From positions 99,634,001-99,698,000 of the forward strand of contig NC_135810.1 in the NCBI RefSeq assembly GCF_964213995.1: a DNA stretch of 64,000 bases, in the 5' to 3' direction. Source of the DNA: Mustelus asterias. Its lineage: Eukaryota. Below are positions 39,136 through 50,924 of the stretch, piece by piece (the first letter of the stretch is position 1; the number at the start of each line of letters is the position of its first letter). The position numbers and the translations under genes are program-made. Under the pieces are notes generated by a model. The model worked only from the letters and a program-made list of their open reading frames with translations, made no database searches and was not told where the DNA came from.

Positions 39136-40365
39136 GTTATGTTCCGAAATTGTTGAACTCGGTGTTGAGTCCAAAAGGTTGTAAAGTATTTCATCAAAAG
39201 ATGAAGTCCAAAGATTTGTGGTTTAGGTTGATTGGCCATGATAAATTGCCCCTTAGTGTCAGGGGGAGTTAGCAGGGTAAATACGTGGAGTTATGGGAAT
39301 AGGGCCTGGGTGGTCTTGTTGTTGGTGCAGACTCGATGGGCTGATTGGCCTCCTTCTGCGCTGTAGGGATTCTATCATTCCATGATTCTAAGTCCTGTTC
39401 CTCGCACTTAGGTTCGGCGTTATTGGAAAAGGATGATTAGCGTGGGTGTGGGAGAACAATTAAAGTGACAGGTGACTGGTGTTATGACCCAGACCAAAGA
39501 CTTTGTGAAGTTAGCCTAGACCCTAAGTTATACATTTGATTTTGGCATGGGTGAGCATAAGGTATTTCACTTCAGATATGATTCAAGTGACCCACTAAGA
39601 AGATTTTAGTTTATTTAAGAACACAGTTAAAATATAACAAAAAGTATTAGCATAACTTATACTGATTACAAAACTGAAACATGACACAGTATAACTCCTG
39701 ACAGGTAGCTATCTCTGTTGTTCCAAGTTAAAACACCATCCCACGGACATACATACTTTTTCAGACTTCGCACAAAAACAAGCATGCTCAAATGATACTG
39801 GATTTTTAGCTTAGTAACACCTGTGGACAGAAATCCAAGCCAGCAATTTTAAAGAAGGATATATCCTCAAAACAGCCAAGCTTCAGAGAAGTAAATTTAA
39901 TCTCTGGTGACTTCCAACACAGCAACACTTAAACAGTAAAAACTCCAACTCCAGAGAGGGGTAAAAACATTGCTGTTTGTCTCAGCTTCAAGCTGCTTCT
40001 GAAAACAAAAACTAAAAATTGGAATGCTCTGTGAAAAATAGCTGTCCTCAGTCACATGACATGACCTGTCAACCCCCCCCCCCCCAATCAAGCTCCACTC
40101 AGTAATCCCAAGGGACCATTAAAACCACAAAACACTACATTAGTTCAGATTAAAATCAACATATCAATTATACTACTTCAGTAACAATAAAGGACACTGG
40201 CTGCAGACAACACAGTGCCGACAAAACATTCTGCAGAGAAACATGATTGAAATACATTTCTTATAAGCTCAGTATTATTCACACTGGAAGCTCCGAGTTA
40301 TCCTTACAGACTGGATGGAGCTGTTCCCCAAAGTGCATGGCCATCCAATCTACATTTGGTCACCA
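39136..40365 (-). mobile_element. Penelope-like GIY-YIG C-terminal relic, interrupted by an HE1 fragment (39206-39390) and a solo LTR
   Basis: Reverse complement reads LQPFGLNTEFNNF and ELPVTCHFN, as at 49760-49935. Confidence 0.75.
39480..40283 (-). mobile_element. Solo LTR (804 bp)
   Basis: TGTTATG...TTCACA; 4-bp TSD CTGG (39476-39479 and 40284-40287); TTTATT at about 39610. Confidence 0.85.
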
Positions 40366-41608
40366 GTCAAACCTCTATGAGAAAACACAATTGGAGTTGC
40401 AAAAGGGGAGATAAAAAAACCTTTTATGCTACTTTGATAAATGTATTAATCAGATTATCTTCTAAAGTTGTTTGAATAAAATGCATAAATTACAGTTGTG
40501 TCTCACCTGCATTTAAAAGTCAGACATGTAACCTAATGGAAGTTAGGTATAAACAAACACAATGATGGATAAGTGTTACTGTTTAAAGAAAACATTGCAA
40601 CATATTTTTAGTCAAGCATTTTAGTAACAAATGAAGCTTAACATTCAAGAATTATTCTATCTATTAAGAGCACTACTCAGGTTCAGCCCCACACACTCAT
40701 GTTTTCCAATGCACAACTTCAATAGTAAGGTAAGTGAGAACTGAGGTGAAAGAACTTTATTCATATGCATAGTGGTACAACTATGTGTGGCTATGCTGCC
40801 TTTCCTGTCATAGGGACTATAATTTTAGAATGAACCTTCTATACCGTAATCAATTACTGTTCCCTTAATCACAACATCAGGGTAACTAGCTATCATTTGC
40901 AGTTTAAGTGACTCAAGTAAATGCAGGCTGTGTTGAGGATTAACCTAAATAATGCATGGTGAGTACCCAAATCTTTCAAGCTTTTAATTACTTGTGCACA
41001 AGTGAGAACACAATACAGCGCAAAGCATTGCAAGGTGTTCTGTTGATTCATACAGTAGTTATAGTTCATCGTATCTTGCTTTTTTGGAATTTTGTTATTG
41101 GAAAGGGTCTTATTTTCATCATGTACACCAAGCTGGAAACAGTATTTATGGAACTTATGCAGAGCTAGTCACTTATCCTGAGTACGTAAGCAGTGTCCTT
41201 GTTGAAGGCCTTACTGAAGACTTGTTTGGCTAATAATCATTTTCCATTACTTAACAGAGTTGTTTGTCATAACTTAATTTCCTCAATTGTTGTAACTTAA
41301 TTTTTCCATTCCAGCTTCTGCATTTAACTATAGTTTCACTATATTTGTTGCTTTATTTGAAGTGAGCATCTTTAATCTTGCAGAACAAAGTGAATTCAAT
41401 ATTTGGCCGTAGCTGGAATTTCAACTTAATTTCCACAGCTGTACTGACTTATGTTCAAAAGGCATAAATTAGTTTTGTTGATCATTAAGAACATTCTGCA
41501 ACATTGCCCCCAGGATATGTTTGTAACAGTAAAGTAACATCCTCCCATTCTGCTTCACAGCCTAGTATTGAGGACCCAAGCTGCCTGAGTTTGGCCTGGT
41601 GGTTAAAA

Positions 41609-42052
41609 ACATAGAAACATAGAAACTAGAAGCAGGAGTAGGCCATTTGGCCCTTCGAGCCTGCTCCGCCATTCATTCTGATCATGGCTGTTCATCAAAT
41701 TAAATATCCTGAACCTCCCCTTCCCCCCTTATCCCTTAATCCCCAAGAGCTATATCTAATTTTTTTCTTGAAATCAGACAACATTTTGGCCTCAACTACA
41801 TTCTGTGGGAGTGAATTCCACACATTCACCACCCTCTGGGTGAAGAAATTTCTCCTCACCTCAGTTCTAGAAGGTTTACCCCTTGTCTTCAAACTATGTT
41901 CTCTGGTTCTGGACTCCCCCACCATCAGGAACGTTCTTTCTGAATCTACCATGTCTAATCCTATTAGAATTTTATAAGTTTCTATGAGATCCCTTCTCAC
42001 TCTTCTAAACTCCAATGAACATAATTCTAACCAACTTAGTCTCACCTCATAT
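41609..42052 (-). mobile_element. CR1 3' fragment
   Basis: ORF 41695-42045; TTTCTATG-type tail. Confidence 0.95.
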
Positions 42053-42261
42053 GGCAGTTTTCAATTACAGTTTGATCTCTCACAGTGATGGGAAAGAGGC
42101 ATCATAATAACAGCAGGAGCACCAAGGAAGATAAAGGTGGAGCATATACTCTGATTCAATTTAATTAAAAGGTAACGAAGCCTTTGAATCTTGTCTCATT
42201 TCATTTGCAGATCAAACAACCTCTGTTGGTCTCAAAGATGAGTCATCTCCGGATCGCAACG

Positions 42262-42465
42262 ACAGCGACTTTCATTTTTATAGCGACTTTAGTGTAGGCG
42301 GTTCACAGGAGGGTTATCAGACAAAGTTTGACACCAAGCTGTACAAGGAGGTATTAGGACAAATGACTAAAAACTTAGTCAGACAGGTAAGGAAAGCCTT
42401 AAAGGGAGGAGAAAGTGGTAGAGAGGTGGATATAGTTCAAGAGAGTTAATTCCTCCAACTTGCTA
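42262..42465 (-). mobile_element. L2-type LINE 3' end relic
   Basis: TTTTATAGCGAC, TTTGACACCAAGC and AAAGGGAGGAGA pattern typical of reversed L2 tails. Confidence 0.55.
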
Positions 42466-42659
42466 TTAGGCAAAAGAAAGTTAGCTTCCATTTTTAACTG
42501 TAGATATTTCAAAACTACTTAACGTAGTAAGAGAGGACTGTTCCCTATTTCAAGCAAGTTGAAATCTCTGCTTTCACAAACTAAAGGAGACTATTGATGT
42601 TATATATTTAAGTGGCTACACGATTGCTTTAAGAGCCGATCACATGATCTGATAGTGAT

Positions 42660-42869
42660 GTCATTGGGTGTTTTGCAACTTGCTGCCAGCCTTTCCAGCA
42701 GGAATATGTTCCTGCCCACTGATTTTTTCCGTGATTTACGATACTGCACTCTGCAGTGCACAGAGTGTGGGAAATTCTTTTCTGAACTCCCACTGAAAAA
42801 AAATAGCGTGAATTACTCCAGTTTTCACGCGAATTCAACACTTAGAAATTTTGGGGGAGAATCGGCCCC
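42660..42869. mobile_element. Harbinger-like non-autonomous element, one end
   Basis: Ends GGGAGAATCGGCCCC, resembling the family D TIR; related to 63857-64000. Confidence 0.6.
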
Positions 42870-43203
42870 TGTGTCTTTTTCTTTTTGTTTAAAACCCACA
42901 ACCAATAATATAGTCAGGTCATTAGAATCGATAAGCTCAGAGTGAACTTCAGTTCTCTGAACATTGCAGCCAAATACATTGTGGAAAGGATGGCAACAGG
43001 TGCTGAGTGGATGTCATGTTGACACAAAGTGCCTGTTCTCAGGTCTGGATTAAGCCTACAGTCTTGGGGTTATTTGCTGATTATCAGAGGTGCATTAAAA
43101 CAGCGATCTGCAGGTTCAGAACTGAAGGACCGATTAGTAGCAATTTTCCTAAAGCAGTATTTATGGCAACCAAGCATACACTTCCAGTAAAGATCTACAG
43201 CGC

Positions 43204-44760
43204 ATGGAAGGAGCAGGAGAACAGCACTTGAAAGAGTAGTTTAGTAAAAGTGTTGTCAGAGATCCTGGTGGTGGAGGTACAGAATGGTTGTCCTGTACCC
43301 AACAGGATGGAAGAGGGTCATAGAGGCACCAAATATGGCGTATGTGAGAGGAGATCACCAAGGAAGTCACAACCAGGAGCACTGGCCTCTCAGACATGTT
43401 TGTAGTGCTGTCAAAAAATAAATGATTTTACGCATGGTCAAGGTAAGATTCTATCTCACAGACACAATATCTCAATACCTGCACCACCACTATCACAATC
43501 TCAAAACACTGCATCCATCATCTAATTACACACTGACATTACCCCAATCCACATGATTCCATCCCGCACAGGCACCGCTCACACATTAGACACAACTCCC
43601 AGCTCATCAATCATATGAGGCATCATAAACACACCTGGCAGTTCACTGATTCACAACCAACACACGTTCTTTTCTTGAACATGACAGGAACTGCCCAGAG
43701 GAATCGAAGCAGGGCTACATGACATCATTCCCGTACAGGAGTCAGCGATTGGGAGTGGTGGATGCCGTGGCCACAAACAGGGCAGGCCACGTATTGACTC
43801 GGGATGTGTGATCATTCCAGCTTCCTTACATGTTATTCCTGATCACCAACCTCTGAACTTATCCCAATTCCCAAGCTTTTAATATTCTCATCGCACACCC
43901 TCCCCGAGTGGCCACCGACACTGTGCCGGAACCCTTCCCAAATCCTTTCATTTAGGATTCCTGACAGCAAGATTCATTTTGCTTCATTGAGTTCTCCTGC
44001 AACATCTTTGACAAGTGTCAGACCCCACTCGGAGTACTGTGCTCAGTTCTGGTCACCTCACTATAGGAAGGATGTGGAAAAGATTGAAAGGATGCAGAGG
44101 AGATTTACAAGGATGTTGCCTGGATTGAGTGGCACGCCTTATGAGGATAGGCTGAGGGAGCTTGGTCTTTTCTCCTTGGAGAGACGAAGGATGAGAGGAG
44201 ACCTAATAGAGGTGTATAAGATGTTGGGAGGCATAGATCAGGTGGACTCTCAGAGACTTTTTCCCAGGGTGGAAATGTCTGCTATGAGAGGACACAGGTT
44301 TAAGGTGCTGGGGAGTAGGTACAGGGGAGATGTTAGGGGTAAGTTTTTCACACAGAGGGTGGTGGGCGAGTGGAATTGGCTGCCGTCAGTGGTGGTGGAG
44401 GCGAACTCAATAGAGTCTTTTAAGAGATTCCTGGATGAGTACATGGAGCTTAATAGGATGGAGGGTTACAGGTAGGTCTAGAAGGTAGGGACGTGTTCGG
44501 CACTACTTGTGGGCCGAAGGGCCTGTTTGTGCTGTAGTTTTTCTATGTTTTCTATGTTCTATCTCACCTCCACACTCACAGGATAACTGGAAGAGAAACA
44601 AAGAACTTTGATTCCCTGGAGGAAGAGGGAGGAGGACACAAGTGAAGAAGAAGGCATTGTGTCAATCACTACCACTGTCGTGGGCAGTAGCATGGAGGTT
44701 GGTGCTGCCCCCCCCCGCCCCCGCCAGAATTTATCAGCTAGAGTAGAACGGGGAACATCA
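43204..44760 (+). pseudogene. Decayed multi-exon Harbinger Myb/SANT-like ORF, interrupted by CR1
   Basis: EILVVEVQ / VLYP / *EEITKEVTTRS / *CCQKINDFT..VK followed by a GTAAG donor at 43443; acidic EDTSEEEG segment at about 44630; several stops and frameshifts. Confidence 0.55.
44017..44562 (+). mobile_element. CR1 3' fragment
   Basis: VRPHSEYCAQFWSPHYRKDVEKIERMQRRFTRMLPG; TTTCTATG tail. Confidence 0.95.
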
Positions 44761-45250
44761 CAGTGAACTGGGAACTAATGGTCAGCAGTCACGCTGGAGG
44801 GAAAGGTCACCACAATGTCACCTTGCTGTGAGACAAGGCACTGCTCAGCCTTCCCTCCAACACTGTTCACCACCACCCCTCCCCCGTAGCCCCCCAGTAC
44901 TACTCAACACCCCCACTACACAGTTCACCACCACCTCAACCCATCAACAACACAGACTCCTCCAACATCAGCTAGAGCCAAGGATTCTGGAAAGTGAGCC
45001 AGGGGTTGGCAGGATGCAGGTTGGCACAGTGAACATTGTGGAAGTGCAAGTGAGGGTGCGTGGGGGGGGTGCGGTGGGGGGGTGTGGATCTTGTTGGGAA
45101 TGTAGGAAGGAAGAATGAACCAAAGCAAGTATGAGCTGAAGGAACACTCTGGGCAAGGCCTGTTGAATTACGACCCATCGGGGCATTAACAAGCCATTCA
45201 GAGGCCATGAGCGGTTTTGCTCAGGGAGGTGGTGGCTTGTGGGAAAAAAG

Positions 45251-46324
45251 GGCCGCAATTCTCCCAAAAGTGCTGAAATGGCGGGAAAACTGTTCCAAAT
45301 CCCAACTGTTCTGTCAGTTCAGTTTCTCACCTGAATCTCCGCATTCTGCGCACAGCAGAAGTCCCAGTCGGGAATCGCATTAAAAACCCAGGGGGGGGGG
45401 CTATTCACACCGGGGTCTGACGGTTCTGGGATTCTGCGCAATGCTCGATCACTGGCCAGCCTGGGACCCCCCGCAGTGCTGCCCCTCCAGCCCCCCTCCA
45501 CAGCCCGATCGCGGCTCACACAACAATTCCTGGGCCAGCCCTGATCCCCCCATCATCCCGGAGCACCCCAATGTCCAGGCCCCATCCCCCAGCAATGTCA
45601 ATTCCCCCACTCCCCTCACCCCAGCAAACCCCCCACCGCTGACCCCCCACTGGGGTCAGACCCCCGCCGGAGGCAGGCCCCCCCCCCCGACAGACCACCC
45701 CCCCCACCCCAGCCCGCCCCAATCGCTGCCCTCCCTCCATCACAGACTGATCCTGTCTGCAGAGTGGCAGTGGAACCCCCCACCCCACTGATCTCCGCTC
45801 GGTCCCACCCACAGTAGGCCCCACCCCCTTGGCACTGCCTGATGCCCTATAGGCAGTGCCAAGATGCCCTCTGGGCATGGGCACTTGGCCCCTTGGGCAG
45901 TGCCAGGGGGCACAGGTTGGCACTGTCAGGATGTCCATGCCCAGGGGGCATCACCCCCCTCCTTTGGGTCCCCCTTTGGGGACCCAATTGCCACCCCTTC
46001 ATTCCGGCAGGGTCTCCCGCTAGTTCCCCAAATGTGGGGAGCTAGTCTCAACCCTGCCGGAATGAAGTACTCCTGGCGGGGTGGGAGATTCAATCGGGAC
46101 CTGAAACCCGATAATTAACTAATATACATATTTAAAACAGATTAAGAACAAATTTAAATGATTTACCTGCCCTCCCGCCGGTTTCCAGCGTGGTCTGACC
46201 GGCGACTGTTCTCTGGCTCTGGGAGATGTGCATGCGTTTCCGGCATATGCGCAAATCCCTGTTCAAGGCTGGAGACGCGTGATCCGACAGAAAAGTTGCG
46301 AGTCGCAATGGGAGAATCGCGGCC
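45251..46324 (+). mobile_element. Complete non-autonomous Harbinger-like element, family D (1074 bp)
   Basis: TIRs GGCCGCAATTCTCCCA and TGGGAGAATCGCGGCC; TSD AAG on both sides; C-rich interior. Confidence 0.9.
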
Positions 46325-46329
46325 AAGAT

Positions 46330-46696
46330 GTGAGCGTTGGGCCAATAGAAAGTGAGTCTAGGAAGCTAATAATGGAAAATAAGGAGATGACAGATGAATT
46401 GAATGGGTATTTTGCATTGTTCATCACTACACAGGATACTAGTAACATCCCAGAAATAGATGCTAATCAGGAATTGGAAGGGAGGATAGCTGAAGAAAAT
46501 TACAGTCACCCAGAAGAGGAACTCTGCAAATTGTTTGAACGATAAGTTGACAATTCCCCGGGGCCTGTTGGATTTCATCCTAGGGTTTTAGAAGAAGTGG
46601 CTCTGGAGATAGTTGATGCATTGGTTGAAATTTTCCAAAATTCACTAGATTCGGGAAAGGCTCCATTAGATTGGAAAATAGCTAATGTAACTCCTT
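46330..46696 (+). mobile_element. CR1 ORF2 internal fragment
   Basis: IMENKEMTDELNGYFA and ALEIVDALVEIFQNSLDSGKAPLDWKIANVTP. Confidence 0.9.
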
Positions 46697-46790
46697 GGGG
46701 CGAATATTCCCGTTCCGCCCACCATGGGAATCATAGGGGCAAGCAGAGGACCATGGAAAGGTCTGTTGAAGTCTCTGGGTGGATAGAATC
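46697..46790 (+). mobile_element. MITE family A, truncated
   Basis: GGGGCGAATATTCCCGTTCCGCC...GGAAAGGTCTGTTGA. Confidence 0.75.
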
Positions 46791-47001
46791 TTCTCACAAG
46801 ACCCTTTCCACCTTCCTTTCGTTCCACTCCCTCCCTCCTCCAGTGACTGCTGTGCTTTGACTGGCCTCATCTCAGTCCTCCAAAACTATCAAGCTCTCCG
46901 GAGCCAAACACTTCCTGGTGACTCCTATAAGGTCTCCAATGTGGCACACACTCACTCTTTTTAGGTGACATCCTCAGAGAAATTCTGCAAAAAATATTTA
47001 A

Positions 47002-47338
47002 GGGGAGGTGATGGCATAGTGATATTGTGGCTGGAATATTAATCCAGAGACCCAGAGTAATGCTCTAGGGACCCGGGTTTGAATCCCACCATGGCAGATG
47101 GTGAAATTTGAATTCAATAAAAATCTGGAACTGGAGGTATAATGATGACCATGAATGCATTGTCGATTGTTGTAAAAACCCATCTGGTTCAGTAATGTCC
47201 TTTAGGGAAGGAAGTCTGTTGTCCTTATCCGGTTTGGTCCACATGTGACTGCAATGTGGTTGACTCTTAAATGCCCTCAGGGATGGGCAATAGATGCTGG
47301 CCTAATGATGTCCCGATCTCATGAACGAATATTAAAAA
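47002..47338 (+). mobile_element. LINE-B-partner SINE, full-length
   Basis: TGGCATAGTG A-box, GGTTTGAATCCC B-box, core, and GGGATGGGCAATAGATGCTGG tail. Confidence 0.88.
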
Positions 47339-48084
47339 GATATTGTTGGAGATTAGGTGAAGTCTTGAGAAAGTATCCAGGGAAATCTTCTAATGTGCAT
47401 CTAAAACCTTCTTCGAACACAACATGATCAGTCAATCTAAATCAGCAGGTGAACATCCAGAAGCACTCGGAATTCCCAGCAACAATTTACTTGCCCATAT
47501 TCAGCAGGGCTCTGTCAGGAGAGGCCATTATTTGCATTACCGGCCTGCAAAATGTTGTGCACTCTTTAAGGAATCAATTTAATGGGTAAAGAGGCTTAAT
47601 CATGCTTGGGGCAGTCGGTCTTAGCACACCTTTAAACTCCTTCACTAAGATGGCGTCTTGTTCTAAAGGTGAATTAACCCGGTGCTCGAGCTCAAAGCTC
47701 CATCTTGGCTATCTTAAAACACCAAATCTATGGGTGCTACATGACAGCCTTTATGGTGGAGGTAGATGTATATTATTCATGGTGTGTGACCTGCTGTACT
47801 ACAAGGTTGTCAGCAGTGGAGCAGCAACAGCAATGGAAGGACAAAGCTTTAGTTGCCCAACACTTTGGTCAGGACAGGCGGCACCAATAATTGCGCAAGG
47901 CTGCCTCCTGCAGAAGAACAGCCTCCAGCGGCAATGCCAAATATCTGCCACATTATCCTGAGTATTGAGCACAACCAACTGAGAGAATGGAACATTCCTC
48001 CATCAGCATGCTCCAATCAGTCAGCACGACTTCTGGTAAGAAATAACAATTAAATAGAATTGCAAATGAAACATTGTAAAGTGG

Positions 48085-48392
48085 TATAGAATCTCTACAA
48101 TACAGGCCATTCAGCCCATCAAGTCTGGACCAACCACTATCCCACCCAGGACCCATTTCTGCAACGCCACACATTTACGCTGCTAATCCCCCTGACACTA
48201 GGGTCAATTTAGCATGGCCAATCAACCTAACCAGCACATCTTTGGAGTGTAGGAGGAAACCAGAGCACCCGGAGGAAACCTATGCAGACACGGGGAGAAT
48301 GTGCAAACTCCGCACAGACAGTGACCCAAGCTGGGAATCAAACCCAGGTCCCTGGCGCTGTGAAGCAGCAGTGCTAACCACTGTTCCACCAG
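48085..48392 (-). mobile_element. HE1 SINE
   Basis: Minus-strand head, V-domain-like core and tail. Confidence 0.9.
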
Positions 48393-50369
48393 ACCACACC
48401 CAAAAACTCATAAAGCAAATAAGCTTTTCTTACTAGCATGTTATAATATTCAAAAATCTGTTCAAATGGTGAACTCTAAAAATCACATTTAAAGTTTCTT
48501 TTGTAGACATGCAATATTTAGTGAATTCTGGTTTATGATTATTTTACCTAATATTCTAACCTGGGAGGATTCTGATGGGTTCCGTTTCATATGGAAGGTA
48601 TTACCTTAATCTGTCATCGAAGAGTCAGTTTCCTTATCAGCAAACTCAGTTTCAATATTTTGTTCCCCAGCCCTTCCATCATCTGATACTGATTCAAAAA
48701 TAATCCACCAATGATCCTGATGTATCTCTTAAATGCAGCAAAATGCCCCAAGACAATTCTTAAAGCAAAGAATAAAAGGAATCTTTTCTTACATAATAAT
48801 AAAAGAAACTTTTCTTCCTCCAAGTAAAAGGTGCGGCTCTGAGCACCTGCATGGGTCCCAGTTATGCCAGTTTTTTTATGGGTTATGTGGAGCATTCTCT
48901 GTTTCCAGTCCTACTCCGGCCCCCTCCCTCAACTCCTTTATATCGACGACTATTTCGGTGCCACTTCATGCTCTCGTCTAGACTAGAAAAAATGATCTAT
49001 TCTGCTTTTAATTTACACCCCTCTATCACCTTCATATGGTCCATCTCTGACACTTCTCTTCCCTTCCTTGACCGTCTCCATTTCTGATGATAAACTGCCC
49101 ATTAGTATCATTACAAGTCCACCGTCTCCCACAACTATCTTGACTACAGCTCTTCACACCCCACATCCTGTAAGGACTCCATCCCATTCTCCCAGTTCCT
49201 TCGCCTCCACCACACCCATTCAGATGATGCCACTTCCCAACATAGCGCTGCCGATAGGTCTTCTTTTTTCCTCAGCCGTAGTTTTCCACCCACTGACAGG
49301 GCTCTCAACTGTGTCCAACCCATCTCCCGGACCTCTGCTCTCACCTCCTCCCTTCCCTCACCGAACCAGGATAGGGTCCCCTTTGTCCTCACTTTTCACC
49401 TCACCAGCCTCTACATTCAAAGGATCATCCTCCGCCTTTTCGCCAACTCCAGCATGATGCCACTACTCAACACATCTTCCCCTCACCTCCCCCCCCCTCT
49501 CAGCATTCCACAGGGACCGTTCTCACCAGGACACCCTGGTCCACTCCTCCATCACACCCAACACCTCACCCCCTGCTCCCGGCATCTTCCCATGCAATCA
49601 TAGAGGATGCGACATCTCTCCTTTTACCTCCTCCCTGCTCACCATCTCAGGTCCTAAACACTCCTTTCAGCGTAGTCTACTCTACATCGGAAAGACCGAA
49701 CGCAGACTGGGTGACCACTTTGCTGAACACCGTCAGTCTGTCCACAAGCAGGACCCAGACCTTCCAGTCGCTTGCCACTTCAACACAGCACCCTGCTCTC
49801 CTGACCACATGTCCGCATCCTTGGCATTTTGCAATGTTCTAGCGAACCCCAACGCAAACTGGAGAATAGCACCTCATCTTACAATTGGGCACTTTACAGC
49901 CTTCTGAACTGAACATTGAGTTCTACAACTTCAGAGCATGAACTCTCCCCTCCACCTTCACCCCATTCCCATTTATTTCATTTCATCTCTTTCATCCATT
50001 TTATCATCCTTCTTTTTCACTTCTATTTTTCCACTTCTCCATTCCAGCTCTCCTTCTTTCCACACCCCCACCCCCACTTCCCCCACCATCTCCCCACCGC
50101 CTCCCCCCTCCCCCCCAGCCCCCCCTCCCTCCCCCCCCCCCCTCCCCCCCCCAACCCCTCCCCTTCAGGGCAACTGCCACATTCCTCAGGCAGTCCTTTA
50201 ACAATCTGTACCTCTGTTCTGCCATTCTCACATTCTGGTCACTTTATTAATGGACACTCTTAGCACCTTCTCAGCCTTCTGTATCCTCATTTCCATTCCC
50301 TTTGTCCCATTCCACACCCCTCTCCCCCAACCCCAATAGTATAAATCTCTGCTGATTCTCTTTGCTCTT

Positions 50370-50408
50370 AGCTCTGATGAAGGGTCATCTAGGCTCGAAA
50401 CGTTGGCT
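50370..50408 (+). ncRNA. Minimal type I hammerhead ribozyme motif of the PLE pseudo-LTR
   Basis: AGCT-CTGATGA-A-GGGTC-ATCTA-GGCTC-GAAA-CGTT-GGCT: conserved core, pairable stems I and II, palindromic AACGTT stem III. Confidence 0.8.
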
Positions 50409-50419
50409 CTATTCTCTCC

Positions 50420-50583
50420 GGTAGTCATGATGTGGAGATGCCGGCGTTGGACTGGGGTAAACACAGTAAGAAGTTTAACAACACCAGGTTAAAGTCCAAC
50501 AGGTTTATTTGGTAGCAAAAGCCACACTTTTGCTACCAAATAAACCTGTTGGACTTTAACCTGGTGTTGTTAAACTTCTTACT
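50420..50583. mobile_element. Fold-back mini-element 1 (inverted PLE pLTR)
   Basis: Perfect 57-bp arms at 50465-50521 and 50527-50583; TSD CTCTATTCTCTCC. Confidence 0.85.
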
Positions 50584-50924
50584 CTATTCTCTCCCCACAG
50601 GTGCTGTCAGACCTGCTGAGATTTTCCAGCATTTTCTGTTTTTGTTTCAGATTCCAGCATCCGCAGTATTTTGTTTTTATAATGAAAGAAACCTATCAAG
50701 AGTGCAAAGAGTTGGCGCTATAACAAAAGGTGTAGCGATTCATCTGAGCCTGTGTTTGTAGTGAGAGATCGCTGTTTTAAGGCTGAGAGATTTAAGACCG
50801 CTTGTTCCATTATGTTTCTCTATTTTTCGCTATAGGTAACAAAATGGCACATTGTTGGTTTTATGACAATTTCTGTTTACACATTTTTACCCACAATATC
50901 TGTGTCTCCATAGTACTAAAATAT

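Larger units (their letters stand above)
48815..50680 (+). mobile_element. Penelope-like element, 5'-truncated: RT, GIY-YIG endonuclease and pseudo-LTR
   Basis: KGAALSTCMGPSYASFFMGYVE, YIDD, YLDYSSSHP.SCKDSIPFSQFLRL, LYIGKTERRLGDHFAEH, LQPSELNIEFYNF; frameshifted; hammerhead in 3' region. Confidence 0.93.

Noticed and set aside
42200-42300. Acceptor-like TTTGCAG followed by a short open frame
   Set aside because: Runs into a reversed L2-type tail and has no recognisable product.
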